The position numbers and the translations under genes were made by a program. From contig OX597832.1 of NCBI GenBank assembly GCA_951406725.2, forward strand, positions 2,418,001 through 2,482,000: DNA of 64,000 nucleotides, read 5' to 3'. The notes below the pieces were generated by a model that saw nothing but the letters and a program-made list of their open reading frames with translations, was not told the origin of the DNA and made no database searches. Origin of the DNA: Octopus vulgaris. Its lineage: Eukaryota. Shown here one piece after another: positions 1-11,567 of this stretch (the stretch's first letter is position 1; each line of letters starts with the position of its first letter).

Positions 1-350
1 AAAAATATCAGCTAAAACAAAAATACATTTTGTTTTTAATTTATTTCTCTGCTGACCTACTACCACTTTTCTCTTTAAACTTAGATATTTGTATATTGTT
101 GGAGCAATTAGTACCTCACTAGGAAACTAACATTGTAATTAACCATTCATCTATAAAGTAGATGTTCATCATCATCCTACAAAGTCTGTTTTCCATGCTG
201 GCATGGGTTGGACAGTTTGACTGGAAGTGGCCAATTTATTATTTTTCTTTGTTTTGTTATTTTTAGTTTTCGTGTTTGGGGATAATATCATTTTTCACAA
301 TTTTTCATTAATTAGTCATGAATAAGTTTTTAATTTTTTTTTTTTTACAG

Positions 351-424
351 GTCCAAACATATTTTCATGAATTTGGTCATGTGATGCACCAGATTTGCTC
401 AGAAACAAAATATATACATTTTAG
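351..424 (+). CDS. THOP1: Thimet oligopeptidase/neurolysin (M3A peptidase) internal exon carrying the HEXXH zinc motif
   Basis: ttttacag| VQTYFHEFGHVMHQICSETKYIHF(S) |gtgagc. HEFGH motif; phase 2 joins the next exon as AG+T=Ser. THOP1 vs NLN cannot be separated here. Confidence 0.93.
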
Positions 425-504
425 GTGAGCCTAAAATTCTTCAGTTTATAGGGCAAGTTTAGTTTCTATGAAAATTATAATTCTTTTATTCTTTTCCCTG
501 TTTC

Positions 505-845
505 AGTCAAATTGAACCAATAACTTATTTGAAATCTGGTACTTATTCTAAGGATTTCTTTTTGTTGAACTAAGTTATGAGGATGTAAATAATCTAACAC
601 TAGTTAAATGGTAGAAATACAAGCATGCATGCATGTGTACACACATGTGCATATAAATACACACACACACACACACACACAAAGGCTTCTGTATAGATTT
701 TTATCTTTCAAATTCTCTCAAGGTATTATTTGGTATGCAGTATGGGACTTGCTTAAGTGGGAATGACACTTGCTGACAGTGGGAATAAACCTGAAACTAG
801 CTGATTGCAAAAAAACTTCTTAACCACTTAACCATATCTGTACCA
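505..845 (-). mobile_element. tRNA-derived SINE (family A), decayed
   Basis: Reverse-strand similarity to 29396-29763, including the central (CA)n. Confidence 0.6.
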
Positions 846-1213
846 GTAATGATTATTGTATTCCATTTCTAAGGTATCTAATTTAAAAAAAAAAATTCTT
901 ACTTCTCTTTTGAAATCATTCAGAATTTATATACATCTTTTTAGGTAATATCAAAATGGGTCTTTAAATTTCTAAATTAAAGGCCCAAAAATCTAAATTT
1001 CTAGATTTTTTCTTGTGACTGAAGAAGCTATTTTGATTTGAAATTTGCAATTATTCTCTGATTATGGAGTAAGAGGTGGCTTATAATAGCTGAAATCTTT
1101 TCATGGGTTTATAATCTTAAATTGTCTGTCTGATGTTTCTTTGAAATACAATTCTTATATTTATGTTGAGTTTTTGTGATTTATTTAACAAATATTGCTT
1201 TATTTCATTTCAG

Positions 1214-1445
1214 TGGAACTAATGCTGAACGAGATTTCATTGAAGCTCCTTCCCAGATGTTGGAAAACTGGGTATGGGAAGAAGAGCCTCTTCGACTAAT
1301 GTCCAGACACTACCAAGATGGAAGTCCAATACCTGATGATATGATCCATAATTTGAAGAAGTCAAGAAAAGCAAATGCTGGTGTCTTTAACTTAAGACAA
1401 ATGTTGATTGGGCAGTTTGACCAGTGTATACATAAACAACCTCAG
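1214..1445 (+). CDS. THOP1: Thimet oligopeptidase/neurolysin exon
   Basis: tttcag| GTNAERDFIEAPSQMLENWVWEEEPLRLMSRHY...KQPQ |gtgaag. Contains the third zinc-ligand motif DFxExPSQMLENW. Confidence 0.95.
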
Positions 1446-1862
1446 GTGAAGACCTACAATACTTGAAAATACTTTCTGAAACGGTTGACAAACTACCAAG
1501 GAATATTTTCACATTTTTACTCTATTTATCAATTGTTTTAAGAGATGAGCATTTCGGAGGAAATTTATAAGTTTAGTATTTTGCTTGTAACCATTTCATA
1601 GTAAAGTAAAATTTCCCATTTTCTTAAATTAATAATCAAAAATAGCTAGTCATCTACTGATACAGATCTATTTGCTTCACATTCAGTTACCAGTTTGTCA
1701 TACTAGCATGAGAGAAATAAAACATAAAAATTGTGGTAGCTGATTAATCACAAGGTCTCCACCCTCTATTTTATTTTAACTGCCTCAATCCTCTTTTGTT
1801 TTGGAGATAAGCTACCACATCTGTTATATTTAGTGTTCTAAACAGTTGCTCTCTTTTGTAAT

Positions 1863-2010
1863 AGGTGTAGGCATGGTTGTGTGGTAAGAAGCTTGCTTCC
1901 AAATCACATAGTTCTGGGTTCAGTCTCACTCTGTGACACCTTGAGCAAGTGTCTTCTTGTGAGTGGATTTAGTAGATGGAAACTGAAAAGAAGCCCATTG
2001 TGTGTGTGTG
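1863..2010 (+). mobile_element. tRNA-derived SINE (family A) 5' half
   Basis: ggcatggttgtgtggtaagaag..gggttcagtc (A/B box-like head), then gtggattt..gatggaaactgaaa. The 3' half is displaced to 3125-3230 and 3690-3782. Confidence 0.75.
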
Positions 2011-2044
<34 letters not shown>

Positions 2045-2054
2045 AAAATATATC

Positions 2055-3108
2055 TTCATCTGGCATAGGTTAGATGGTTTGACTGAAGTTGACCAGCTGA
2101 AGGGCTGTTCAGGCTCCATGTCTGTTTTGGCATAATTTCAATGGCTGGATGCCCTTCCTAACACCAACCACTTTACAAAGTGTACTGAGTGCTTTTTATG
2201 TGGCATCAGCACTTGTGAGCCTGCAAGATTAGGGATGCTAGGCTGGAAAAGGTTGCAAGGGATGAGGCTGGATGCAAAGGCAACTAGGCTTTTACTTAGC
2301 TTGGTGTGTCGTTTCAAGCACAGCAAACCGCTAGGAGTCTCAGTCGCCTGTCATCCCCTCAGTAAGTCCCAATGTTTGTAGATCCTTTCTCAGCACTTTG
2401 TCCTACCTCTTCCTGGGTCTACTCCTTCCACACGTTCCCTCTACAATTAGAGATTGACACCTTTTGATGCAACTGTCCTCATTCATATGCAGTACATGGC
2501 CATGCCAATGCAGTCTTTTCTCTTGCCCACTACATCTGATGCTACATATACCCAGTTTTTCTCTCAAAATACACTCTGTTGTATATGCACACTAACATTA
2601 CCCATCTAGCAAATCATACTGGCTTCATTTCTTTGAAGTCTTCACATATCCACAGTAGTCACAGCCTATGTCTCACTGTCATGTAGCACAGGTGTCCATA
2701 CACAGGCATCATACAATCTGCCTTTCATTCTGAGAGAGAGGCTCTTTGTTGCTAACAGAGATGGTAGCTCTCTGGTCTTTGCTCAGCCTATTCTTATTCT
2801 AGCAGCTATGTTTTCGGAGCAACCTCCCCCACTACTAACTTGGTCACCTAAGTACTACTTCTTGGGATCCCCCCTTGCATGCAAGGGAGTCTATTTTTGT
2901 GTACATTACTGGTGTTTAATGTACCTGTACATCTGCTTTCCATTAGTTGTCCATTGATTCTGCTGTACTTCTTGTGTCCATAGTTTGCACTGGGTACACC
3001 TTATGAAGTTTTTCCTGACACCTTTTCTACATATCAATCATGGCTATCTCCCTGAAGGTACCTGTGATTTGTCTGTTTTCCTACTTATCAAAACTTTGGT
3101 CTTTACTA
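2055..3108 (-). mobile_element. RTE LINE 3' fragment (RT C-terminus + 3' UTR)
   Basis: Same family as 25570-26360 (nucleotide similarity over the GLSLRVKGRLY and HGSETWAV coding segments); decayed. Confidence 0.75.
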
Positions 3109-3234
3109 TTATATTATATATGTATGTGTGCGTGTGTGTGTTTGTTGCCCCCCTCCCCATTGCTTCACAATTGGTATTGATGTGTTTACATCCCTGTAAC
3201 TTAGTGGTTTGGCTAAAGAGATCATGAACCAAAT

Positions 3235-3687
3235 TCGATGACTGGCACCCTTACCAGCGGAGCGCTAACAGCTCCATCCAAGTGGGATCACTGCCAGAGC
3301 AGCTGTCCAGCTTTCGTGCCGGTGGCCACGTAAAAAGCACCATTTGAGCATGATCATTACCAGCGTCAGCTTACTGGCACGTGAACAAAACATTTGAGCG
3401 AGGTCGTTGCCAGTGTCGCTGGACTGACTCCTGTGCAGGTGGCATTTAAAAAACACCATTTTTGAGCGGGGCTCTTGCCAGTACCGCCAGACCGGTCCCT
3501 GTACCAGTGGCATGTAAAAGCACCTGCTACACTCTCGGAGTGGTTGGCATTAGGAAGGGCATCCAGCTGTAGAAACTCTGCCAGATCAGATTGGAGCCTG
3601 GCACAGCCATCTGGTTCGCCAGTCCTCAGTCAAATCGTCCAACCCATACTAGCATGGAAAGCGGACGTTAAATGATGATGATGATGA
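3235..3687 (+). mobile_element. RTE-tail element (family B) with internal ~65-bp tandem units
   Basis: Repeated ggtggcacgtaaaaagcacc-like units; ends gcatggaaagcggacgttaaatgatgatgatg, as does the RTE 3' UTR. Confidence 0.8.
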
Positions 3688-3793
3688 AGTCATAGGGTCA
3701 ATTTGTTTCACTAAAAGCCTTCAAGGCAGTGCCCCAGCATGGCTGCAGTCAACTGACTGAAACAAGTAAAAGACTAAAAGAATTTATATACAT

Positions 3794-3950
3794 AGGTGCA
3801 GGCATTGCTGAGTGGTAAGAATCTTGTTCCTAACCATATGTTCTATCCAACTGCACGGTACCTTGGGCAAATGTATTCTATTATAGCCTTGGGCTGACCA
3901 AAGCCTTGTGAGTGGATTTGGTAGATGGAAACTGAAAGAAGCCCGTTGTA
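3794..3950 (+). mobile_element. SINE family A 5' half
   Basis: aggtgcaggcattgctgagtggtaagaa..caaagccttgtgagtggatttggtagatggaaactgaaagaagccc. Confidence 0.75.
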
Positions 3951-5733
3951 TTGTTCCAACATATATATACATGAAGGATATGAATAAAATGGTTTGCTGT
4001 TTTGTGGTGTACTATCCTGATAATGTTGGTGAACCATGGTACACATTTATAGCAAATGTCTGATGATTTGAACTTATTTGCTTACTATTTCATACTTGTG
4101 TAATTATTGTAAACACAAGAAATAGAAGACCAAAATTTATGGAAAACTATGTAATATCAGCTTACATAGGCATAATAGAATATTTTTCCTTCAGATGTAT
4201 CATTGATATTTATATTTTTAAAAAACCACTCATGCCAGCATGGAAGGCAAACATTAAACAATAATGAAACTAAATAAAGATGTTACATAGAACAGATGTA
4301 ACCCTGTTTATTTAAAAATGTATGGCAGAATTGCTGTGAAATATTTCTTCTAAACGAGATTATTAGCAACATGTCTGGAACATGTAGATGATGATTTTGC
4401 ATAAAAAAACATTACAAAACAATTAATTGCAATAGCTGATGATTGGTCTCTAGTGTGAAAGATTTCCCTAATAAAAATATCTTAATCTTTCAGTACACTG
4501 TATTGCCCCATAGACTTCATGTTCAATATCACTAAAAAAAATTTTGAGTACTTAAAAGTGTATTGCCACATACTGCTAAGTTTTTGATTATTTATCACAA
4601 ATAAAAACATGGATATTGCATGTAAAATCATTATCTTTTAGCTGCAACCAATACTGAAATTATTAAAATTTCAGTACTGGTTGCAGTTAACAATAAGATT
4701 TGTTCATACACATGGAACTAGTTGTATGAACAAAAATGTAGGTTGAAAATGACCCTCAGTCTCAAAGTAATGTGAATCATAACTTCATGTCATATGAAAG
4801 TGTCAACAATGCATCATCAATTGTTCAGTTGTGAAGAAAGTAAACCTTGAATGTATGCTAATTACAAAATACATTTAAATGAAAAAATTCAAACATTTTC
4901 TCATTCAACTCCTCAGCTTGAAACAATATTGAGTAAATGCAAGAGGCAAAGTTTTTTTTATTAAAGAGCACCTGCTGGTAAATAGGTTTGGATGAAAATT
5001 CAAAGGGATTACGTGATCAGTTCAATCAATAGTTATTAGTCAATAAACTTTAGATACGTTTCAAAATAGTAGTTCCATTTTCCAACATTGTATAGAATCT
5101 ATATTGAAGACAATTGACTGCATATGATTCTTATCCTGACAGCAGCTTAATGTGTAGTACATGTAGGAGCTGTAAAATAATCATAGTAGAACTTTGAAAG
5201 CTACTGCTTGCTAAACTATTACTCTATACCAGCATTGCTGAATAAAAAACAAAAACACTGATTATGATCATTGTCATGAATAAAGCTGCTCACTGCTTCC
5301 ATCTTGAATCAGATTTATGGTGTGCCACTTGAGTAACATTATTGAACCATGATCCACAGTTATGGCAGATACCTGGAAGATTTGAACTATTGTACACTTA
5401 TGTAATTATCACAAACACAACAAAATCTTCTGGCGATGTTATTGATAGACACACACACACATACATGTATATGCATATACAAGATGTGTACCTTCACTCA
5501 TATATATATATAATGTATGTGGTGGACTGTCTTGATCTCCTGTTTGTAAGTGCAATAACTTAAGCACTAGGATATGTGCCACACGCACACATACTGACTT
5601 CCTTTTTGAGGAGATTCAACATTGCACTGCCGAGCTTTGACCACTTTCACAAGACTTTGCCTTTAGGCTGTTAGAAAGTTCATCATTTAAGTTTTAAGTT
5701 CAAAATTTCAATATAATTGTGGTGAATTAGTTG

Positions 5734-5777
<44 letters not shown>

Positions 5778-5848
5778 CGCTATACTAATACATTTGTTTG
5801 TTTGTACTCCACCTGCCTTCGTCTTTTGTTTATTTTCGTAAACTTTCC

Positions 5849-5887
<39 letters not shown>

Positions 5888-5925
5888 ATTGTTGATTAAA
5901 ACTGCATTTATAAATTGTTCTTCAG

Positions 5926-6057
5926 GTGGATACAAAGAAAGTTTTTGACAACTTGTGCTTGGAACTGTTGAATATACCCTGTGTTCCTGGTACAAACTTT
6001 TCTGCGACATTCAGTCATATTGTCAATGGCTATGATGCTCAGTACTATGGTTATTTG
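5926..6057 (+). CDS. THOP1: Thimet oligopeptidase/neurolysin exon
   Basis: ttcag| VDTKKVFDNLCLELLNIPCVPGTNFSATFSHIVNGYDAQYYGYL |gtaagt. 132 nt, phase 0/0; GYDAQYYGYL is an M3A motif. Confidence 0.94.
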
Positions 6058-7334
6058 GTAAGTGTGAAACCAATACATTTAAAAAAAAATCTTTTTTAAT
6101 GTATAATTCACAGTTGATCCAGGTGTGAATACTATTCTTTGAAGTGAAATAAAGCTCTGTATTATTAGCACATGTCACATGTTCACATTTCATAATACCT
6201 CTAGATGATTATACTTATGCTTTCTTGTCTCGCTTCTCTTGGATAATAGATACAAAGGAAAAGTTAGTTGTAGTAGACAAATCTTTTCTTTCCTATGTAG
6301 GAAAAGATTTCATTTATGAAACATTATAGATAGAAGTCAGAATTAAGCACTGTTTTCTTTTCATATTAAACATGACATTAAACTTTTACATATGTTTTTC
6401 ACAATTAAACATTAAAAAAACCCCCATTTATATCAGTGGTCTTTGAACCCTATATTGTTGATTAATCCAGGTCAGCCTTAGACGAAGTGACACTTGATCA
6501 AAAGTATTGCAGTCATGATCTTTCTGTCTTACTTGTAAATCTTTGATTACAATACAGTCTAACTTTCCATGACAGTAAGGGGTGACATAAGGGAGTGTTA
6601 GTGACTATTTGTAGCAAGCCATGCAACCACAGATTTTCCTACTGGCATTTTAAGTTGATAAAATAATTATCAGAAATTTTGTGTAGGAATCTTCTCCTTC
6701 CTTGCCTACCTGTGCATTTTAATTCTTGAAACATGTATTTTTTGGTTGCTTCTAATAATGTATATAACATGTCATTATCATCAATGTCCATTTTCCATGC
6801 TAGCAAGGCTTAGACAGTTTGACAGGAGCTAGTAAGTCAGAAGACTGCATCAAGCTCTGCTGTCTGCTTTGGCATGGTTGCTATGGTTGGATGCCCTTCC
6901 TAACACAAACCACTTTACAGAGTAATGAGGCACCTCCTGCCCCACCAACTTAAAAAAAAAATTAATTTAAATTCATGATTTAAAAAAATGTTTAACTGTA
7001 CTTCTTGTCAAGGGAGACGGCTCTGATATCCAAATTAATTAGAAACTAAATTGTGACATAGAATGAGAAATGCATCTGGTATGTACTGTGAAATTTCAGA
7101 CATATTTCAGTCTTATTAGGTCCCCTCGGAGAAATTTAGTCTTTCACGTTCTAGACTTTGGAATGACTGAGAGAATTTAGTTTTTGTGTCCCGCATAAGT
7201 TCATGGACATGTCATGTAGGCCTGACCATCAAACTTGAATGTCTCCACAGGGTTATAGAAAAAAAGCACAGTGACAGGTTGAGCTGTTCAATGAAAACAA
7301 TGTGAATTTTAGCTGTCTTTGATTGTCTTACTGA

Positions 7335-7950
7335 CAGGTGGTAAAGATCCATAATGATTTGTTTGATACATGTTGCAGGCCTTGCATAGAAGTTGAATGT
7401 ATGTGCCATCTAGTGATCACTGTTATGCCACAGCATGAGACCAACATTCAAAGCTGTGGAGCAGAACAGATTCTACTGTAGCATGAAACGGATGTAGTTT
7501 TTGGTCACTTGACAGTTCTGGTGCTTTTTAAGTTGTCCATAGCTTGTTAGGCTGACTGTGTTATTGCTTTATGAATGTCAACATCTGTTCTGGTAGGGTG
7601 AATACAAGAGCCCATGTAGCAGGAATTGGCAACCGACTTAATGGGTCTTAATGAAAGTTTAAGATCACCCACACCAGCATTTTCACCAATGATTATGGTC
7701 TTTGTCTTTGTGCAGTTTATTGAGAGATCAACTTCAATGGTAGTTGACACCAGGTTTATGAGGGGAGTTTGAGCATTTCTGATTGTATGTGAGACAAGTG
7801 CAGTGTCATTTATGAAGTCGAGGCCAGTAAGGTATGATGCTGGATCATGTGAACTTTGACAAGAGACAGAGTTACACCGAGTTCAGATATAGCATGCCGC
7901 AGTACATAGTCCAAGACTATAATGTAGAGGAAAGGAGCTAAGGTGTCCCA
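7335..7950 (-). mobile_element. Degenerate LINE RT fragment (RTE-X-like)
   Basis: TLAPFLYIIVLDYVLR, LDFINDTAL, LSINCTKTK and CYMGS motifs. Confidence 0.65.
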
Positions 7951-7992
7951 CTAAAGGTTTTCTTTTGATTTTAGTTTTACTTCTTTTCACAG

Positions 7993-8109
7993 TGGAGCGA
8001 AGTGTTCAGTGTGGATATGTTTGCATCAAGATTTTCTAGAGAAGGAATAATGAATGCTTCAGTTGGAAGAGATTACCGAAAATATATTCTTGCACCTGGA
8101 GGGTCAATT
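7993..8109 (+). CDS. THOP1: Thimet oligopeptidase/neurolysin exon
   Basis: tttcacag| [39 protein letters not shown] |gtaagt. 117 nt, phase 0/0. Confidence 0.94.
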
Positions 8110-9239
8110 GTAAGTACTGGATGTCAGAATTATTTTCTGAGCTGTATATTTTATTTTCCTTACTACAAATTTCCGTAGCTTTAGTTGTTATTAAATCTCA
8201 TTTGAAGATATTAACACATTAAGGTGAAATTATCATCATCGTCATTTAATGTCTTTTTTCATGCTAGCATGGGCTGGATGATTTGACAGGATCCAGTAAG
8301 CTTCAAGGTTATTTTTTGCGTGGTTTCTACAGCTGTATGATCTTCTTAACACCAACCACATTACAGTGTGTACTTGGTACTTTTTTCATGCCACTGGCAC
8401 TAGTGAGGCTACTAAGTAACTTGCAAGACAGACAAAGAAGAGAAAAAAGGGAAAAGGAAAGCACTCACTACTAAGTGTTGGAGAGTGGTTGGTTTTCTGC
8501 TAAGTGTTAAAAGGGTAAAGTATAATAGAGAGACAAGCATAAGTATCTTCCTACAGAGGGAATATATGACTACACACATTATATAGAGGTGGTTGAGAGT
8601 AGTTTGGAAGAAGATAACAGTGACGGAGTGCCAAAGAGAAAACTGTCAAGGTAAAGGAAGGTGAACATGAGACAAGATACCATGGGTTAAGGGAGGGGAA
8701 GAGAGTCTTTCATAAGTGTGTGAGGGGAGAGTAACAGATGGTTTGAGATGAAGGTAGAGAAAGTGGTTGGTGGGGAATATCAGTATGGAGAGGAGGTAAG
8801 TGAGAGATAGAAGTGACCCAGGAAGGATAGAAGAGAAGGTAAGATGATGTGCAAGGTGTAGCAGTGTTGAGGAGGGAGATATTGGGGAACATAGGGGTGG
8901 CTGTAGTAAGTGGGGTGTGATGGCATATATGTGAGGTGTTAGATGGAACATAGCTGAAGAGAAAGTTAACTGAAAACACAGAAAAGAGGTAATCAAGGAA
9001 ATAGTATAGGTGGGAGAAGATGGATAATGGGAAGAAGGTAACTGGTGGTGCAAAGAAAAGGGGAAGAGTAAGATGTGCTGATGCTGCCTTCAAGTGATTA
9101 AAACTGTCAGGTAGTGCCATAGACAGAGGAGTGATAGCAGGATGGGTGTTAGGAGAATGAAGTGTGGGGAATGCTAGATGGGGCAGAATAGGTTACAAGC
9201 ATAAACCTGAATGCTTTTAGGACATCATATTATGTATGG

Positions 9240-10900
9240 TGAACGAGTCTTCTTGAGCACTGTGAATTGCCAATAGTCTCAGTCCTTTATAACCCCCTCT
9301 GTGAAGCACACAGCATCTTGAGATCAAACTTTACTACTTTGTTCCATTATTTCTTGGGCCTCCCTCTTCCACAAGTGCTGTCTGCTTTAACCGACCAGCT
9401 GTCCACATCCACATGCATCACATAATCAAACCAGCACAATCTCTCTCTTGTACACTACATCTGATTCCTCTATGCCTAATTTTTCTTTCAATGCCTTGAC
9501 ACTTTGTTCTACATGCTCACTGACATTGCACATATACATTTATTTATTGAAAGAAGATTGGTTTACCTAATAATGTGAGATGCATATTAGCTTCCTTCTT
9601 CTCTAGTCTTCATTCATTCTCTACATTCACAGCCTATATTTCACTACCATGTAGCATTGCTGTTCATACACATGCATCATATAATCTGCCTTTCACTCTG
9701 AGAAACTTTTGTAGCTGACAGAAGTACTAGTTCTTTGAAGATTCCCCATCCTATTTTTATTCTAGCATCTATATTTTCAGAACATCTTTCTCCACTGCTA
9801 ATTAGGTCATGAAGATAATTGAAATTATCTACCATCTCTTGGATATTTGAAAAAACCTGTTTCTCTTGAGTTCTCAGTGTTTATTGTTCCAGTATATCTT
9901 CCACATACAAGCACTACTTTCTCCATTAACTTTCCTGTGATTCCGCTATACCTCTTGTGTGTCCCTAATTTGCACTGGGTACATTATATGGAATTCCTAC
10001 CTCCACCTTTCCTACATATTGAGGAGAGTGAAGTCCTGTCTGCTTTCCAATCCTACTAGAATTTTGGTCTTTGCTAAGTTAATTTTAAGGCCCTTTAATT
10101 CCAAGGTTTGCTTTCACACCTGGAATTTTTTTTTTCTAATTCAACTATAAATTCTGCAATGAGAATGAAATTATCATGATAGTTTCCATGGGCAGCTGGT
10201 CTTGAATTCCTCTCTTATGGCCTGGGGGGACAATGGTGAATAGGAGGGGAGTGAACACTAGTGCACTTCTAACTGTACCTTAAATTCAATGATGTACTCA
10301 TGGCGAACTCTCACCTCACTGATTGCACCCCTGTACATGGCTTGTACAGTTTTCACAAGCCATTTATCTATTATCAGCATCTTCAGAGACCACTACATTA
10401 TAGTGTGGAGGACACTCACTGTTGAAGGCTTTTCTGAGTTGATGAATGCCAAGTACAATGGTTTACTTGTAAGCTAGATACTTCTGCTGCCATCTTACAA
10501 AACCAAACTGCATCTCATCTAGTCAATTCTGTTCCTAATTTATTGGGCTACAACTCTCTCTGTAACTTTCATGACCTGACCCAGCACTTTGATATCTCCG
10601 TAATTGCTTCTTAAGCATTTCTTTTATTCATGTAACAGCTAGAAATACTGCTACACCAGTCACTGGGTATGACACCTTCCTGTATAACCTGATTAATTAT
10701 ATGGGTTACAAGGCAGTAGCCTACTCTGTCAGATATTTTAAGTATTTCAGTGGTAATTCCTGATGGACCAGGGGTTTTTCCCTGGTTATCCTTTATTGCT
10801 TTATCATACAGTTGTCAAGTAGGATATCTGGTCCCTCATTTAGGTTCATGTTAGGAAGACTCGCTTCTCCCAGTCATTCTCTATGTTTAATAACCTTTCA
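9240..10900 (-). mobile_element. RTE LINE RT fragment
   Basis: GKTPGPSGITTEILK, IPSDWCSSI, NYGDIKVLGQVMKV and VGSALVFTPLLFTIV remnants; same family as 2055-3108. Confidence 0.75.
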
Positions 10901-11567
10901 TAGTAGCACTTCCTCTTTCCAGAATTACTCTTTTCAGAATCACTGTGTGTGTGTGTTTTTGTTGCCTTGACAACTGGTATTGGTTTGTTTACATCCTCAC
11001 AATCTAGCAGATTGGCAAAAGAGACTGATAGAATAAGTACCAGGGTTGATTTGTTCAACTAAACCCTTCATGGTGGTGCTCCAGTATGGCTGCAGTCTAA
11101 TGACTGAAACAAGTAAAAGATAGAAAATAGATGTGTTTGTTCTTGGAATTGTCTTGACATTGTGTGATGGTTGTAAATGGACATCACCATCATACAAGTA
11201 ATTTTATTGATTTTTAGTCTTCTATGAAAAGCATGTGTGGCCATAGGGAATTATTACCTGGTGAGAGTTGGTGTCAGGAAGGCAATTTGGCCTTAGAAAA
11301 TCTGCCTCAAAAAATCCCTCTAACTGATGCAAGCAATGAAAAGTGATATTAAATGCTGATGATTAAATATTTTGTTCCTGTCTAGGATTTCAGAATATAT
11401 CTAGAATTTTTGCTTTTAATTTCTTTATCATTGACTGTCCTAAGAATGTTTATTTAAGAGATGTAAATGCATGTATATATGAAAAGACATTTGCAGTTCT
11501 GATACTTGGGATTGTATATCAAAATAAAATTATCCAGTCATTTGTTAGTACATTATCTTGAAATGTA

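Noticed and set aside
1863-1935. tRNA-like sequences with A/B boxes (also 3794, 29700, 38536, 48324)
   Set aside because: They are SINE heads; no intact cloverleaf, and each is followed by the SINE body.
3290-3525. Repeat-spacer-like pattern suggesting CRISPR
   Set aside because: Eukaryotic intron, the linkers resemble each other, there are no cas genes, and it is part of a multicopy retroposon.
8590-9190. Two overlapping ~135-aa minus-strand ORFs
   Set aside because: Purine/pyrimidine-skewed low-complexity DNA between RTE pieces; no domain motifs or splice support.
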